DNA from: an uncultured Candidatus Saccharibacteria bacterium
GTDB taxonomy: Bacteria > Patescibacteriota > Minisyncoccia > Phycocordibacterales > PALSA-1337
NCBI GenBank assembly: GCA_964558375.1
Contig: CAZLCD010000003.1
Location: forward strand, 155 to 64,154
Reading direction: 5' to 3'
DNA length: 64,000 nt
How positions within the stretch are numbered: the first letter of the stretch is position 1; the number at the start of each line of letters is the position of its first letter. The translations under genes were made by a program, and so were the position numbers. Shown piece after piece: positions 27,756-38,701 of this stretch. Below the pieces are notes generated by a model. The model saw only the letters and a list, made by a program, of their open reading frames with translations. It made no database searches and was not told the origin of the DNA.

Positions 27756-28784
27756 GTGAAAATACTAATTATTACCCAAAAATTAGATGCTTCAGATCCA
27801 ATTTTAGGTTTTTTCCATCGCTGGATAGAGGAATTTTCTAAGCATGTAGAAAGTTTAACTGTCATATGCTTGTATAAGGGTGAATATGATTTACCTAAAA
27901 ATGTAAAAGTTCTTTCTCTTGGAAAAGAGGCTGGTGAGTCAAGAATAAAATATATAATTAACTTTTATAAATATATTTGGCGAGAAAGAAAAAATTACGA
28001 CAATGTTTTTGTACATATGAATCAAATATATGTTCTGCTAGGAGGTATATTCTGGAAGTTAGTGGGGAAGAAAATATCGCTTTGGTATACGCATAAGAGT
28101 GTGACTGTATCTTTGAGAATTGCTTTGATAATAGTTGATAATATCTTTACTGCATCAAAAGAAAGTTTCCGTATCAAGAGTGATAAGTTAAAGGTAACTG
28201 GTCATGGAATTGATACGGGGATATTTAAACCAATACAAAGAGAGGGGAATAATATGGTTAAAATAATATCTGTTGGAAGATTGAGTTCAGTAAAAGGATA
28301 TGAATATATTATTTCAGCTATGGATTTGATGAATAATAAAACCATATGTGAAATATGGGGGAGTGCTAGCCTTTCTTCTGATAAAGAATATGTAGATAAG
28401 TTAAAGATTGATATAGAAAAACAGATACCACAAAAAGTTTTTCTAAAAGGCTCAATACCTCAGGATAAATTGAATAATGTTCTAAATACTGCAGATATAT
28501 TCATCAATATAAGTTCAACTGGAAGTTTAGATAAAGCAATACTAGAAGCTATGTCTGCTGGAGTTATTGTAATAACTTCTAATGAAGCATTTAGTGATAT
28601 TTTGTCGATCTATCCATATATATATGTATCAAGGGATGTAAAAAAAATAGCTGAATCAATAGAAAAAGTTATATCTCTTTCTCTAGAACAAAAGATGGAA
28701 ATATCAAATTATTTCAGAAAATATGTACAAGAAAATCACTCACTCAAAACACTAATCCCTAAACTAGTTTCTTATATTAAATAA
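27756..28784 (+). CDS. Glycosyltransferase family 4
   Basis: GHGID, VGRLSSVKG, GSLDKAILEAMSAG. Confidence 0.9.
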   Translation: MKILIITQKLDASDPILGFFHRWIEEFSKHVESLTVICLYKGEYDLPKNVKVLSLGKEAGESRIKYIINFYKYIWRERKNYDNVFVHMNQIYVLLGGIFWKLVGKKISLWYTHKSVTVSLRIALIIVDNIFTASKESFRIKSDKLKVTGHGIDTGIFKPIQREGNNMVKIISVGRLSSVKGYEYIISAMDLMNNKTICEIWGSASLSSDKEYVDKLKIDIEKQIPQKVFLKGSIPQDKLNNVLNTADIFINISSTGSLDKAILEAMSAGVIVITSNEAFSDILSIYPYIYVSRDVKKIAESIEKVISLSLEQKMEISNYFRKYVQENHSLKTLIPKLVSYIK

Positions 28785-29993
28785 ATGAAAAAGATACTTG
28801 TCGTATGTCCCATAATTCCATATCCTGAAAATGGAGCTGAGCAGTTAGATCGTGCTAATGGAATAAGGCAATTAATAAGACTTGGATATGAAGTTAGAGT
28901 AATTGCAAAACGTCGTCCATACCAAAAGGATATTGATATTGAAGCTTTTTCGAAATCTGTTGGAGGGGTTATTGTTAAAACTGTTCTATATAAATACACT
29001 CTTTCAGGTAAGTCTCTTTTAAATAAGATATCGATCATACTAAAACGTTTAAGAAAACTATCATATCTAGATGGTGCAGCTTTTGAATACAGTGATCCGG
29101 AAATACAGAATCTGGTTGATAAAGAAATAAAAGAATGGAAACCAGATGCTCTATGGTTTGAATATACATACCTATGGTCTCTGTATCACTTGGCAGAGAA
29201 AAACAACATTCCAATTATTACCAGATCAATTAACTACGAACCTAATCATTTTCTAGATGAAGATGGAAGAACAATTCTAAACTATATAAAATCTATACCA
29301 AAATTTTTAAGTGAAAGAAAGGTTGTCAAAAGCAGTGATCTAGTTTGTTCTATCACTCCACTAGAAGAAAAGATATATATAAAACTAGGAGCAAAAAATA
29401 CAATAACTCTACCGCTAAGAGGTCTACCAGGTTTGCCTGAACACATATTTAGGGTCAATGATGGAAAAGTAAACTTGTTTTTTATGGGATCTACATATAA
29501 TGTTTCTCATAACAAAAATGCTGCATTGTTCATAATAGACTCCATAGCTCCCGCTCTGGCTTCAATATCTCCTAAATTTAATATATACATAACAGGTTCA
29601 AAGCTACGTAGTGACATTGAAACCAGATTACCTTCTAATGTTATATACAAAGGATTTGTAAAAGATTTAGATGTTTTTCTGAATGATATGGATATCGCAA
29701 TAGTACCTTCATTGTTTGGGGCCGGTATGCAGCAGAAAATATTTGAACCATTAATGCGAGGATTTCCAACAATTACTTCTAATCGAGGAATTGCTGAATA
29801 TCCATTTGTTGACGGTGTAGATTTTTTGAATGCAGATACTGTTGATGAATATATTTCTTGTATAAAAAAGTTGAGTAGTGACTATGAATCTTCTGTAAGA
29901 ATTGGAAAAGCTGCCAGAGAGAAATCTTTAGAGATTTTTAACCAATCAGCTACAGATGAGAAGCTATCCCAAGCCTTAAGAAAGATAGTGTGA
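28785..29993 (+). CDS. Glycosyltransferase family 4-like
   Basis: PYP..G N-terminus; VPSLFGAGMQQKIFEPL..G. Confidence 0.82.
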   Translation: MKKILVVCPIIPYPENGAEQLDRANGIRQLIRLGYEVRVIAKRRPYQKDIDIEAFSKSVGGVIVKTVLYKYTLSGKSLLNKISIILKRLRKLSYLDGAAFEYSDPEIQNLVDKEIKEWKPDALWFEYTYLWSLYHLAEKNNIPIITRSINYEPNHFLDEDGRTILNYIKSIPKFLSERKVVKSSDLVCSITPLEEKIYIKLGAKNTITLPLRGLPGLPEHIFRVNDGKVNLFFMGSTYNVSHNKNAALFIIDSIAPALASISPKFNIYITGSKLRSDIETRLPSNVIYKGFVKDLDVFLNDMDIAIVPSLFGAGMQQKIFEPLMRGFPTITSNRGIAEYPFVDGVDFLNADTVDEYISCIKKLSSDYESSVRIGKAAREKSLEIFNQSATDEKLSQALRKIV

Positions 29994-30028
29994 CTTTTAA
30001 CTGTCCATCCAGTATACTTTTGACATAA

Positions 30029-31843
30029 ATGTGTGCTATAAACGGCTTTAACTGGGAGGACAAAGAACTTATCGAAAAGATGAATCGATGCTTGTCTCAT
30101 CGTGGTCCAGATGGATCTGGCACCTTCTTAACTCCAGAAATATCTCTAGGTCATAACCGTCTAAGTATTATCGACACAAGAGTCATGGCTAATCAACCAA
30201 TGAATAGTGATGACGGAAGATATATTATTGTTTTCAATGGAGAAATATATAACTTTGGAGATATAAAAAGGGAATTGGATGGATACATATTCTCAACCAA
30301 CAGTGACACTGAAGTTATCTTGGCTGCATACAAAAAGTGGGGAAAGGAATGTGTTAGTCGACTAAATGGAATGTTTGCCTTTGCGATTTGGGATACTATT
30401 GAAAAAAGTTTGTTCATAACAAGAGATCCTGTAGGAATAAAACCTCTGTACTATCACTTTGATGGTAAAAAATTAATATTTTCATCTGAGATAAAAGCAA
30501 TATTAGAACACCCACTTCCTAGAATATTGAATACTGAAGCCTTTTCTTTGTATATGAGAGTCCTATATACTCCAGAACCCCATACTCTTTTTGAGGGAAT
30601 AAATAAGCTTACACCTGGCCATACAATTTTTTTAAAGAACAATAATTTAAGTATTAATAAATACACTCCATACAAAGTAAACTATCAAAAAGAGGAATAT
30701 GGTAATCCTTCAAAACTAAAGGAGAAGATAGGGTTGGCGGTTAAGAGACAGCTGATATCTGATAGACCACTCGGAGTATATCTTTCTGGAGGTGTAGACT
30801 CTACAACTGTTTTGAATGCAGTTTCTAATGTTCAGAAAAATATTACAACATTTAGTGTTGGTTTTGAGTTGAGTGAGGGGGAACAAGAAGAGAAGTTTAA
30901 TAAAGATATGCTCTTAGCTAGAAAGACTGCTCAATTGTATAAAACTGATCATCATGAAGTTCTAGTTAAGAAAGATGAGGTTATAAATCTTTTGGAAGAA
31001 GCTTCCTACATCTTTGATGAACCAGTTTCTAACCCAACAATTATTCCTATGATAAAGCTTGCACGTTTTGCTAAAGAAAAAGTCACAGTTGTACTAGGTG
31101 GTGATGGAGGAGATGAGCTTTTTGGAGGATATGAAAGATATAGACTGAGTCTTATTTCTCAATACTATCAACTCCTTCCTTCTTTTATAACAAAAATTCT
31201 TAATAATTTTAGTAAGTTCAATAAGTTAGATACCCATAAAGGTGTTGAACAATTCATGTTGTTTATGTTCCAGAAAGACAAGAATGTAAGTAGAGTTTTA
31301 AATGAGAAAAATAACTCCTTACCAAAAGAATTTTTCGATAAGAAATACTTTAGTGATACATATAAATCAGGTCCTGAACTTCTAATGAATGTAGATCAAA
31401 ACAGTTGGCTCGTAGATGAATCCCTACTTCGAAGTGATAAGACTTCAATGTCTGCAGGTCTTGAACTCAGAGTTCCTCTACTGGATCTGGAAATAGTAGA
31501 TTATGCAAAACATATTCCTGTAAAAGAAAAAGTTAGTCCTAATTCAACTAAAAAGATTTTAAAGAATGCTATGAAAGGTATTCTTCCAGAATATATCCTA
31601 AAACAACCTAAGAGAGGATGGTTTTCTCCTGGAGCAAAATGGCTCCGAGATCCTAAGGTTTTAGTGTACGTAACTAATGTTTTGAGTGAGGAATACTACA
31701 CTCCAACGAAAGATATATTTAACTGGAAAGAAGTTAAAGATATGCTTGATGAGCATGCAAGAGGTGATTCATATCATTTTACTATGCTCTGGGCTATAAT
31801 ATCTTTTCAGTTGTGGGCTAAGAGGTATAATATAAAGCTATAA
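30029..31843 (+). CDS. asnB: Asparagine synthase (glutamine-hydrolysing) family amidotransferase
   Basis: N-terminal Cys2, HRGPDG, FNGEIYN, LSGGVDS, GDGGDELFGGY. Confidence 0.93.
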   Translation: MCAINGFNWEDKELIEKMNRCLSHRGPDGSGTFLTPEISLGHNRLSIIDTRVMANQPMNSDDGRYIIVFNGEIYNFGDIKRELDGYIFSTNSDTEVILAAYKKWGKECVSRLNGMFAFAIWDTIEKSLFITRDPVGIKPLYYHFDGKKLIFSSEIKAILEHPLPRILNTEAFSLYMRVLYTPEPHTLFEGINKLTPGHTIFLKNNNLSINKYTPYKVNYQKEEYGNPSKLKEKIGLAVKRQLISDRPLGVYLSGGVDSTTVLNAVSNVQKNITTFSVGFELSEGEQEEKFNKDMLLARKTAQLYKTDHHEVLVKKDEVINLLEEASYIFDEPVSNPTIIPMIKLARFAKEKVTVVLGGDGGDELFGGYERYRLSLISQYYQLLPSFITKILNNFSKFNKLDTHKGVEQFMLFMFQKDKNVSRVLNEKNNSLPKEFFDKKYFSDTYKSGPELLMNVDQNSWLVDESLLRSDKTSMSAGLELRVPLLDLEIVDYAKHIPVKEKVSPNSTKKILKNAMKGILPEYILKQPKRGWFSPGAKWLRDPKVLVYVTNVLSEEYYTPTKDIFNWKEVKDMLDEHARGDSYHFTMLWAIISFQLWAKRYNIKL

Positions 31844-31844
31844 A

Positions 31845-32900
31845 ATGAAAGCACTCTATATATATTCTGGAGATAGATCACAAAAGTTTAAAGGAGTTGC
31901 TGGCGTTGACTATCCTGATACACAGTTCTACGGAATGAATCATCTATATCAATTTGGAATAGATGCAGAATACAAAGAATTTGAAACATATCCTCTAGGA
32001 AGATTTCTTGCAAAGATATTTGGCTTTAGAATAAAACATTTGTTCATGTACTTTGTAGCTCGTAAATATGATGTCGCTTTCGGTATTTCCATAATGTACA
32101 TGCTTTTCTGGAAGAAGTTTCTTCGTTCAAAAACAAAGTTTATAATATTCAACTCGGTACTAAATAGAATGTTCATAGTTCACAAGGAAGGGTCTTTTAA
32201 GAGAAAAATGTTGTTATGGTTCCTAAAAGAAGTAGATGGAATTGTATTTCTAGCCAAGGTTCATATGGATCGTGTATTGGAAAGAGCTCATTTTTTGAAA
32301 GACAGAGTATTTTTTGTGCCAATGGGAGTGGATTCAAAATACTACAAACCAATCTATGAAGACAGGGAAGACTTCATTTTGTCTGTAGGTAGGGACAATG
32401 CTAGAGACTACAAAACAGTTATTGAAGTTGCTCGAAAAATGCCTAATGAACAATTTCATATAGTATGTCTACCTAGAAATATACAGGGAAATAAAGATAT
32501 ACCATCAAATGTTCATGTCCATTTCAATATTCCTCTTGCAGAGCTACAAAGAATGTACAAAAAAGCTAAGGTTTTGCTTCTCATAATGCATAATGATACA
32601 TATATCGATGGTTCAGATTCTTCTGGTCCGACCGTACTACTCGAAGCTATGGCTATAGGTTTACCGATAATATCAAGTAAGAAAGAATACCTAAAAGACT
32701 ATATAGATCATGGAAAAGATGCTCTAATTGTCGATTTTTACGATACTGATGATATAGTAGAGAGTATTAAAAAGCTTTCAGATGCATCTTTACGAAAGGA
32801 GATGGCAATGAATGCAAGAAAGAAGGTTGATTCAGTGTTTAATACAAAAGAGATGGCGCGAGGTATTTCTGAAGTATTCAAAAAAGTATATGCAAAATAA
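31845..32900 (+). CDS. Glycosyltransferase family 4
   Basis: PMGVD, SVGRD..RDY, SGPTVLLEAMAIGLP. Confidence 0.88.
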   Translation: MKALYIYSGDRSQKFKGVAGVDYPDTQFYGMNHLYQFGIDAEYKEFETYPLGRFLAKIFGFRIKHLFMYFVARKYDVAFGISIMYMLFWKKFLRSKTKFIIFNSVLNRMFIVHKEGSFKRKMLLWFLKEVDGIVFLAKVHMDRVLERAHFLKDRVFFVPMGVDSKYYKPIYEDREDFILSVGRDNARDYKTVIEVARKMPNEQFHIVCLPRNIQGNKDIPSNVHVHFNIPLAELQRMYKKAKVLLLIMHNDTYIDGSDSSGPTVLLEAMAIGLPIISSKKEYLKDYIDHGKDALIVDFYDTDDIVESIKKLSDASLRKEMAMNARKKVDSVFNTKEMARGISEVFKKVYAK

Positions 32901-33828
32901 TCAATACAACATACCAGTTCTCTCAAAAGATATATATTGGGGTAAGATTCCTGAACAAGAGTTGGGGGATATTATAGATCTAATAGAAGAAAAGGGATTT
33001 TCTGTGTTTGATTCAAAGATGCAAAAGAAACTAGATTTCACTTATGATGAAGACCGTGCAGATTGGAGAGTAAATATCCCATTAACAAAAGATTCAACAA
33101 TACTAGATATTGGTGCTGGTCTTGGACGTATATCAATTCCCCTAGCTAGAGTTTCTAAAAAAGTTGTTGCTTGTGATACATCTCTTTCGAGAATGCGTTT
33201 TCTAAAGAAAAGAGCAGAGGCTGAAGGACTTTCTAATATAGAAGTAATGGTTGCAGATGTTTATAATCTTCCATTCAAAGAAAATACTTTTGATTTGATA
33301 GTTATGAATGGTGTTTTGGAATGGGTTGGTCTGACTGATCTATACAAAGACCCTAGAGAAGCTCAGATAAAGAGTTTGGAGATATGTAAGAAGCTATTGA
33401 AGAAAGGCGGATATCTGTACGTTGGTATAGAGAATAGATGGGCTTTGGTATACACAAGAGCTGCAGATCATGGAGGTTTGTTGTATACAAGTTATATGCC
33501 AAGATTTCTAGCTAGCATCTATTCACGTATCAGAGGAAAAGGATCATATAGAACATATACATATTCAAAGAAAGGATATGAAAATGTTTTTAAAGAAGCT
33601 TCGTTTGAAAATAAACCTGATTTCTATCTCCTTTACCCAGGATACAATCTTCCTCGAACTATAATTCCATACAGTAATCTGAATGCATTTAGATTTATGA
33701 TAAGTTCATTCAAGAGATCTAAAAACACCATCATAAACAAGGTTGTATCTCTCTTGGTTAAATCTTCAATATTCCTTCGAATATACCGATTCGTATTCTT
33801 CAGCTTTGGTATAATTATAAAAAAATGA
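32890..33828 (+). CDS. Class I SAM-dependent methyltransferase
   Basis: ILDIGAGLG, LPFKENTFDLIVMNGVLEW, LKKGG; start moved to ATG 32890. Confidence 0.9.
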   Translation: MQNNQYNIPVLSKDIYWGKIPEQELGDIIDLIEEKGFSVFDSKMQKKLDFTYDEDRADWRVNIPLTKDSTILDIGAGLGRISIPLARVSKKVVACDTSLSRMRFLKKRAEAEGLSNIEVMVADVYNLPFKENTFDLIVMNGVLEWVGLTDLYKDPREAQIKSLEICKKLLKKGGYLYVGIENRWALVYTRAADHGGLLYTSYMPRFLASIYSRIRGKGSYRTYTYSKKGYENVFKEASFENKPDFYLLYPGYNLPRTIIPYSNLNAFRFMISSFKRSKNTIINKVVSLLVKSSIFLRIYRFVFFSFGIIIKK

Positions 33829-34706
33829 TTTCTACTATAGAAAAAGTATTAAGAAAGGAGATGAATATCTCTCCAAAAACTAATTTAAGCTATCTTAAAT
33901 ACAGCACTCCGATTTCTGGTAAGGGTGTCGGATGCAAAGTTATATTTTTCGTATTTGTTGGAGAAAATAAGATGCCAAGTTTTGTTGTTAAGTCTGTAAG
34001 AACAGAAATTAATGCTTTTAGCATACGAGAAGGATACGAGAATATGTCACTTCTTAATAACCTTACAAAAAATACAGAATTTGATTCCATGTTTCCAAAG
34101 ATGATACATATCCATGATGATAATGGTGGTATTTTTACAATAGAAACTATGTGTTCAGGTTTAAAGATGGGTAGAGACGAGAATATAGATAAAGTATTTA
34201 AAATATATACCTCTTTTTCTAAACATCTTCTCTCTTCTTCTAAAGATAAAATCCTGTTAAACTTTGAGTATGGCAAAAAAATACTAGAAAGTTTAAATGG
34301 TTCTAAGGAAGATATAGATAACCTCTCTAAATATCTCTTAGGGTTATGGAATAACCTCAATGTTGAACTACCTTCCATATATCAGCACGGAGATCTAACT
34401 ATCGATAATATATTGTTGGATAGAGGAAATGTGAGAATGATAGACTGCGATACTTTTGGAAATATTAGAGTTCCAGGATTCGATATCTCCCATCTATCAA
34501 CGAGAAAAAAACTATTTAACTCTCTAGATAGACTAAATACATATTTTAAGGATATGAATATTAGTTATACGGTAGATAAAAAGATATTGTCCATATATTT
34601 CCTTCATGAACTCTACATTAAAAAAGACTATATCCTACTCAAAAAAAATTCTGAAGAGGTAATTAAAGATTTTGAAAATATATTAAAGATATATAACCTT
34701 AACTAA
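33825..34706 (+). CDS. APH-like phosphotransferase
   Basis: FVVK, QHGDLTIDN, MIDCD; ATGA overlap with the methyltransferase. Confidence 0.78.
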   Translation: MISTIEKVLRKEMNISPKTNLSYLKYSTPISGKGVGCKVIFFVFVGENKMPSFVVKSVRTEINAFSIREGYENMSLLNNLTKNTEFDSMFPKMIHIHDDNGGIFTIETMCSGLKMGRDENIDKVFKIYTSFSKHLLSSSKDKILLNFEYGKKILESLNGSKEDIDNLSKYLLGLWNNLNVELPSIYQHGDLTIDNILLDRGNVRMIDCDTFGNIRVPGFDISHLSTRKKLFNSLDRLNTYFKDMNISYTVDKKILSIYFLHELYIKKDYILLKKNSEEVIKDFENILKIYNLN

Positions 34707-34707
34707 T

Positions 34708-35895
34708 ATGACTACAATTCTGCATATAACTAGAATGAACTTCCTTTCAAACAAGGCTCATGTGTATACAACTACAAAAACATGTGAAGCTTTGGCTATG
34801 CAGGAGAATACCAAAGTCATACTTCTAAGTTCTGATAACAGTTTGATTTCAAATGATGCTAAGGATAGTTTCTTTAAAAAACACGATATATTAAAAAGAT
34901 TTGATATTGTTTCGCTAAACTCATTCTCGAATAAACTAAAGGGAAGTAAGATTCGTCCAGTAAACTGGATGGAAACAATTTCAGTTAATATATCCATATT
35001 GAATTATGTCCTTTTTAACTCAAAGAAATTTGATATTTTGTACTATAGAGACTGCTCACTAATCCTACCAATCCTAGCTTCAAAATATATTCTAAGTAAA
35101 CCCATATTCATAGAACTTCATGCTGTACTTCATAAGAAACACGGACAGTTTTCAATTAACTTCTTCTCAAAGATATCGAATGGTCTAATTACAATAAGTT
35201 ATAGTTTGAAAGAATACTATAAAAAGATTAATTCAAAAATAATGGTTGCTTTCTGTGCTGCTGCAGAACCAGAAAGATTTGCTTTGATTAAAGAAAGTAA
35301 TGGAGAGTTAAGAAATATATTAAACCTACCAAAAGACAAGACAATACTCATGTATTCTGGAAATCTGTATAAAACAGGAAACTATGATTCATATGGTATA
35401 GAAGATATTGTAAATGCCATGCCTTTTGTAAGTAATTCATTCGTGTTTGTTGGAGTGGGAAAAAAAGGAAATGAGACAAAGGAACATGAGGAACTGGCTT
35501 TAAGGCTTGGAATACAGAATAAAATAATATTTCTTCCTTGGGTGAGTAAACAAAAAGTATATGAATATTGGAAAGCTTCTGATATGCTCCTGCTTCCAGC
35601 TGCGGGAGCACAGATAGGTAATTCTCCAACAAAAATGTTCGAATACCTTGCTGCGGAAAAACCAATAATCTCTGCCCGCACTAAAGCTATTGAAGAAGTG
35701 CTTGAAGATAAAAAGAATGCTCTATTAATTTCAAACTATAAAGATCCACAAGAGTGGGCACGAGCAATAGAAAGTATGGCTAGTGATGTTGTTTTGCGTG
35801 ATAATCTAATAAAACAAGCTATGCTTGATAGCAAGAGATATACATGGGAGAATCGAGGTCTTGAGATATTGAAATTCATTAATAAAAGTCTATGA
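34708..35895 (+). CDS. Glycosyltransferase family 4
   Basis: SPTKMFEYLAAEKPII, YTWENR. Confidence 0.88.
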   Translation: MTTILHITRMNFLSNKAHVYTTTKTCEALAMQENTKVILLSSDNSLISNDAKDSFFKKHDILKRFDIVSLNSFSNKLKGSKIRPVNWMETISVNISILNYVLFNSKKFDILYYRDCSLILPILASKYILSKPIFIELHAVLHKKHGQFSINFFSKISNGLITISYSLKEYYKKINSKIMVAFCAAAEPERFALIKESNGELRNILNLPKDKTILMYSGNLYKTGNYDSYGIEDIVNAMPFVSNSFVFVGVGKKGNETKEHEELALRLGIQNKIIFLPWVSKQKVYEYWKASDMLLLPAAGAQIGNSPTKMFEYLAAEKPIISARTKAIEEVLEDKKNALLISNYKDPQEWARAIESMASDVVLRDNLIKQAMLDSKRYTWENRGLEILKFINKSL

Positions 35896-36818
35896 ATCTA
35901 AAAGGTATAATATATTACATACTTCACTACACTGGATTTAACTATATCTACAGTCTTTTCCTCAACAAAAAACTCTTCATTGTTATGTATCACAGTATAG
36001 GGAACAAAGAGAATGCGGATCGACTATTAAATCATCTATACAGTCACATATCAGTAGACTCTAAGAAGTTTGAAGAACATATTGAATACCTTAAAAAAAG
36101 TGGTCATACATTCATATCGTTTAAAGATATATCTAGAATAAAGTCTGATAACATAAAGAAACCAACTATCATATATTTCGATGATGGATTCAAAGATGTT
36201 CTTGAAAATGCTCTGCCAATACTCGAAAAAAATAATATCCCAGCTACAATTTTTGTAGTTACAGGTATTCTAGATAAGACTGAGATGCTATGGACTATTC
36301 TATACAAAGAAGCTTTAACAAAACAGAATATTTCTCTAGAAAAACAAGCTGAAATGATAGAGAAAATAAAGACTGGTACAGAACAAGATAGAATAAATGT
36401 AATGAATCAATTTTCTTTAAAAGACTATCAATACCTTTTTGATATATTCCTTTCTTGGGATGATCTGAGAAATATATCTAAAAGAAATGTTCACACAGCT
36501 TCTCATAGTGTTTCTCATATGCGAATGAATGAGCTATCAGAATCAGACTTCAAAAAAGAAATAGCTGTTTCTAAGAATCGCACTGAGGAAGAATTGAGAG
36601 AAAAAGCTATATCATTCTCATTCCCATATGGTAGAGGAAGTGAAGAAATGGTTAAGGAGTTGTATAAAACTGGATATTCATATGTTGTATCGAAGGGTTG
36701 TGGAATAAATGAAGTAAATGAGACTAAAAATATATATCTAAAGAACATTTCACCTAAACCAAATGATTCTCTAATGATGTTTAAGTTAAGACTATACTCT
36801 CTAAATATAAACAAATGA
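35892..36818 (+). CDS. Polysaccharide deacetylase (CE4/NodB family)
   Basis: VMYHSI, FDDGF, PATIFV, SHSVSH, FPYG. Confidence 0.9.
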   Translation: MNLKGIIYYILHYTGFNYIYSLFLNKKLFIVMYHSIGNKENADRLLNHLYSHISVDSKKFEEHIEYLKKSGHTFISFKDISRIKSDNIKKPTIIYFDDGFKDVLENALPILEKNNIPATIFVVTGILDKTEMLWTILYKEALTKQNISLEKQAEMIEKIKTGTEQDRINVMNQFSLKDYQYLFDIFLSWDDLRNISKRNVHTASHSVSHMRMNELSESDFKKEIAVSKNRTEEELREKAISFSFPYGRGSEEMVKELYKTGYSYVVSKGCGINEVNETKNIYLKNISPKPNDSLMMFKLRLYSLNINK

Positions 36819-37579
36819 TTACTGTAAAGAATCATCTTTTCCTAAAAACAGCCACTGTAATTTTTGAGGACGATCAAATAACTCCTCTGTTTAAAACTGG
36901 AAAATATTCTTCAATAGTTGCTGTGTCATACAAGAAGATGGATATTCCAAAGTTTGTTATGTACTCAAAACCAACTTTGTTAATAGATTTAACTAGAACC
37001 GAAGATGATATAATGGCAGGGTTTAATGATACTACTCGTAATGAAATACGAAAGACATTCAAGGATAATAGACTTAAGTTTGTAATAAAAGATTCTCCAG
37101 ACAAAGAATCCTATGAGATGTATAGAGAATTTGAATATTCTCAAGGAAGAGCCCCTGTAAGTATGAATGTTCTAAAGGAATCATTCTTTCTAGGTATTTC
37201 ACTCGACGATAAGTTAATTTCTGGTATATATGTGACTAAGAGTGATCCATATCTAAGAATTAGATCAATCTTCTCTAAGAGATTGAAGGTGGAAGATAAA
37301 GAAATATATAAACTAATAGCATATTCAACAAGAAGATTGATATGGGAAGCTTGTTCTTGGGGAAAGAAAGAGGGATATATTTCTCTCGATATGGCCTCTG
37401 TAAATATAAACAATCCAAAGACTGAAAGCATCGCTAGATTTAAGATGTCTTTTGGTAAAGATCTTGTAGATGAATATACTTATATATATAAATCTCCATT
37501 ATTTTCTTTTCTAGAGAAAATGGTTAGAATTAAGCTTCTCTTGAGAAAAGCTATATTCAAAATCAGAGAACTCTTTTAA
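36815..37579 (+). CDS. FemAB-like GNAT-fold protein
   Basis: TLLIDL..EDDIM..F..TTRNEIRK, LIWEA..W.KKEGY..LD, FKMSFG. Confidence 0.72.
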   Translation: MITVKNHLFLKTATVIFEDDQITPLFKTGKYSSIVAVSYKKMDIPKFVMYSKPTLLIDLTRTEDDIMAGFNDTTRNEIRKTFKDNRLKFVIKDSPDKESYEMYREFEYSQGRAPVSMNVLKESFFLGISLDDKLISGIYVTKSDPYLRIRSIFSKRLKVEDKEIYKLIAYSTRRLIWEACSWGKKEGYISLDMASVNINNPKTESIARFKMSFGKDLVDEYTYIYKSPLFSFLEKMVRIKLLLRKAIFKIRELF

Positions 37580-38697
37580 TGAAAATACTCATTCTCACAA
37601 ACTATCTCGGTAATCATGGAGGACTAGGAAGATACTCCTCTCAAGTAGTTAAAGCTTCCTCAGACCTTTCTTTGGATGTTAAGGTTTTAACTGAGGCTAA
37701 AGTGTCGACTTCTCCCATAGAACTCAATGTATTAAAACCAGTTTTTAATCAAAAGAAATGGAGGTTAATGTGGAATATAATTTTCAATATCATATCTGTT
37801 AGATGGTACAGTCGTGGGGTCGATGTAATCCACGCTCATGATGGTTGGCCATATGGATTCTATGCTTGGTTTGCTGTGTTGGGGACAAAAAAGAAACTGT
37901 ATATAACTGGTATTGGAACATATACAATCGCCCCACTAAAGGAAACGATACGAGGAATACTTCTACGTATGGCATACAAAAGAACTTCTAATATATTTTG
38001 TATAAGTGAATACGTGAGAGATAGGTTGTTAAAACTATGCCCACAAGCAAAAACATCTGTGGTGTTCATGGGAACAACTAGACTACCTGAAGTTTCAAAA
38101 GAAAAGATAGAAGAGAGTCGAATAAAGTTTGGATTAGAGAATACAAACCCCATCTTTCTAACTGTAGGTGATATAAAAAAGAGAAAGGGTCAATTAGATA
38201 CTCTGAAATCACTTAATTTGATAAAGAGTAAATATCCTAATTTTAAATATGTGATGATTGGAGATGATGCAGATACTAACTACATTAATTTAATAAAAAA
38301 TTTTGCTAAGGAGAATAATATTGAGAAAAATGTCTTAATAATCTCAAAGATGTATGATGATCTAGTACTGTCCTCTATGTATTCAATGTGTGATATCTTT
38401 ATGCTCAATTCTAATAATGATAGTGATCATTTTGAAGGCTTCGGACTGGTATTTCTAGAGGCGGCACAGTTTGGAAAACCAGTAATTGGTAGTAAAAATT
38501 GCGGTATTGAAAATGCCTTTAAGAACTGCTACAATGGGTTTTTAACAGAGCAGGGGAATCATAAGGATATAAGTGAGAAAGTGGAGAAGATTCTATCGGA
38601 CAAAGTAGGGGTTTTTGGTAAGAATTCGATGGAATTTTACAAAGGTTTCTCTTGGGAACATACCGCAAAGGCTTATGTAGATAACTACAAAAAATAA
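37579..38697 (+). CDS. Glycosyltransferase family 4
   Basis: TVGDIKKRKG, FEGFGLVFLEAAQFGKPVIG. Confidence 0.92.
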   Translation: MKILILTNYLGNHGGLGRYSSQVVKASSDLSLDVKVLTEAKVSTSPIELNVLKPVFNQKKWRLMWNIIFNIISVRWYSRGVDVIHAHDGWPYGFYAWFAVLGTKKKLYITGIGTYTIAPLKETIRGILLRMAYKRTSNIFCISEYVRDRLLKLCPQAKTSVVFMGTTRLPEVSKEKIEESRIKFGLENTNPIFLTVGDIKKRKGQLDTLKSLNLIKSKYPNFKYVMIGDDADTNYINLIKNFAKENNIEKNVLIISKMYDDLVLSSMYSMCDIFMLNSNNDSDHFEGFGLVFLEAAQFGKPVIGSKNCGIENAFKNCYNGFLTEQGNHKDISEKVEKILSDKVGVFGKNSMEFYKGFSWEHTAKAYVDNYKK

Positions 38698-38701
38698 ATA
38701 T

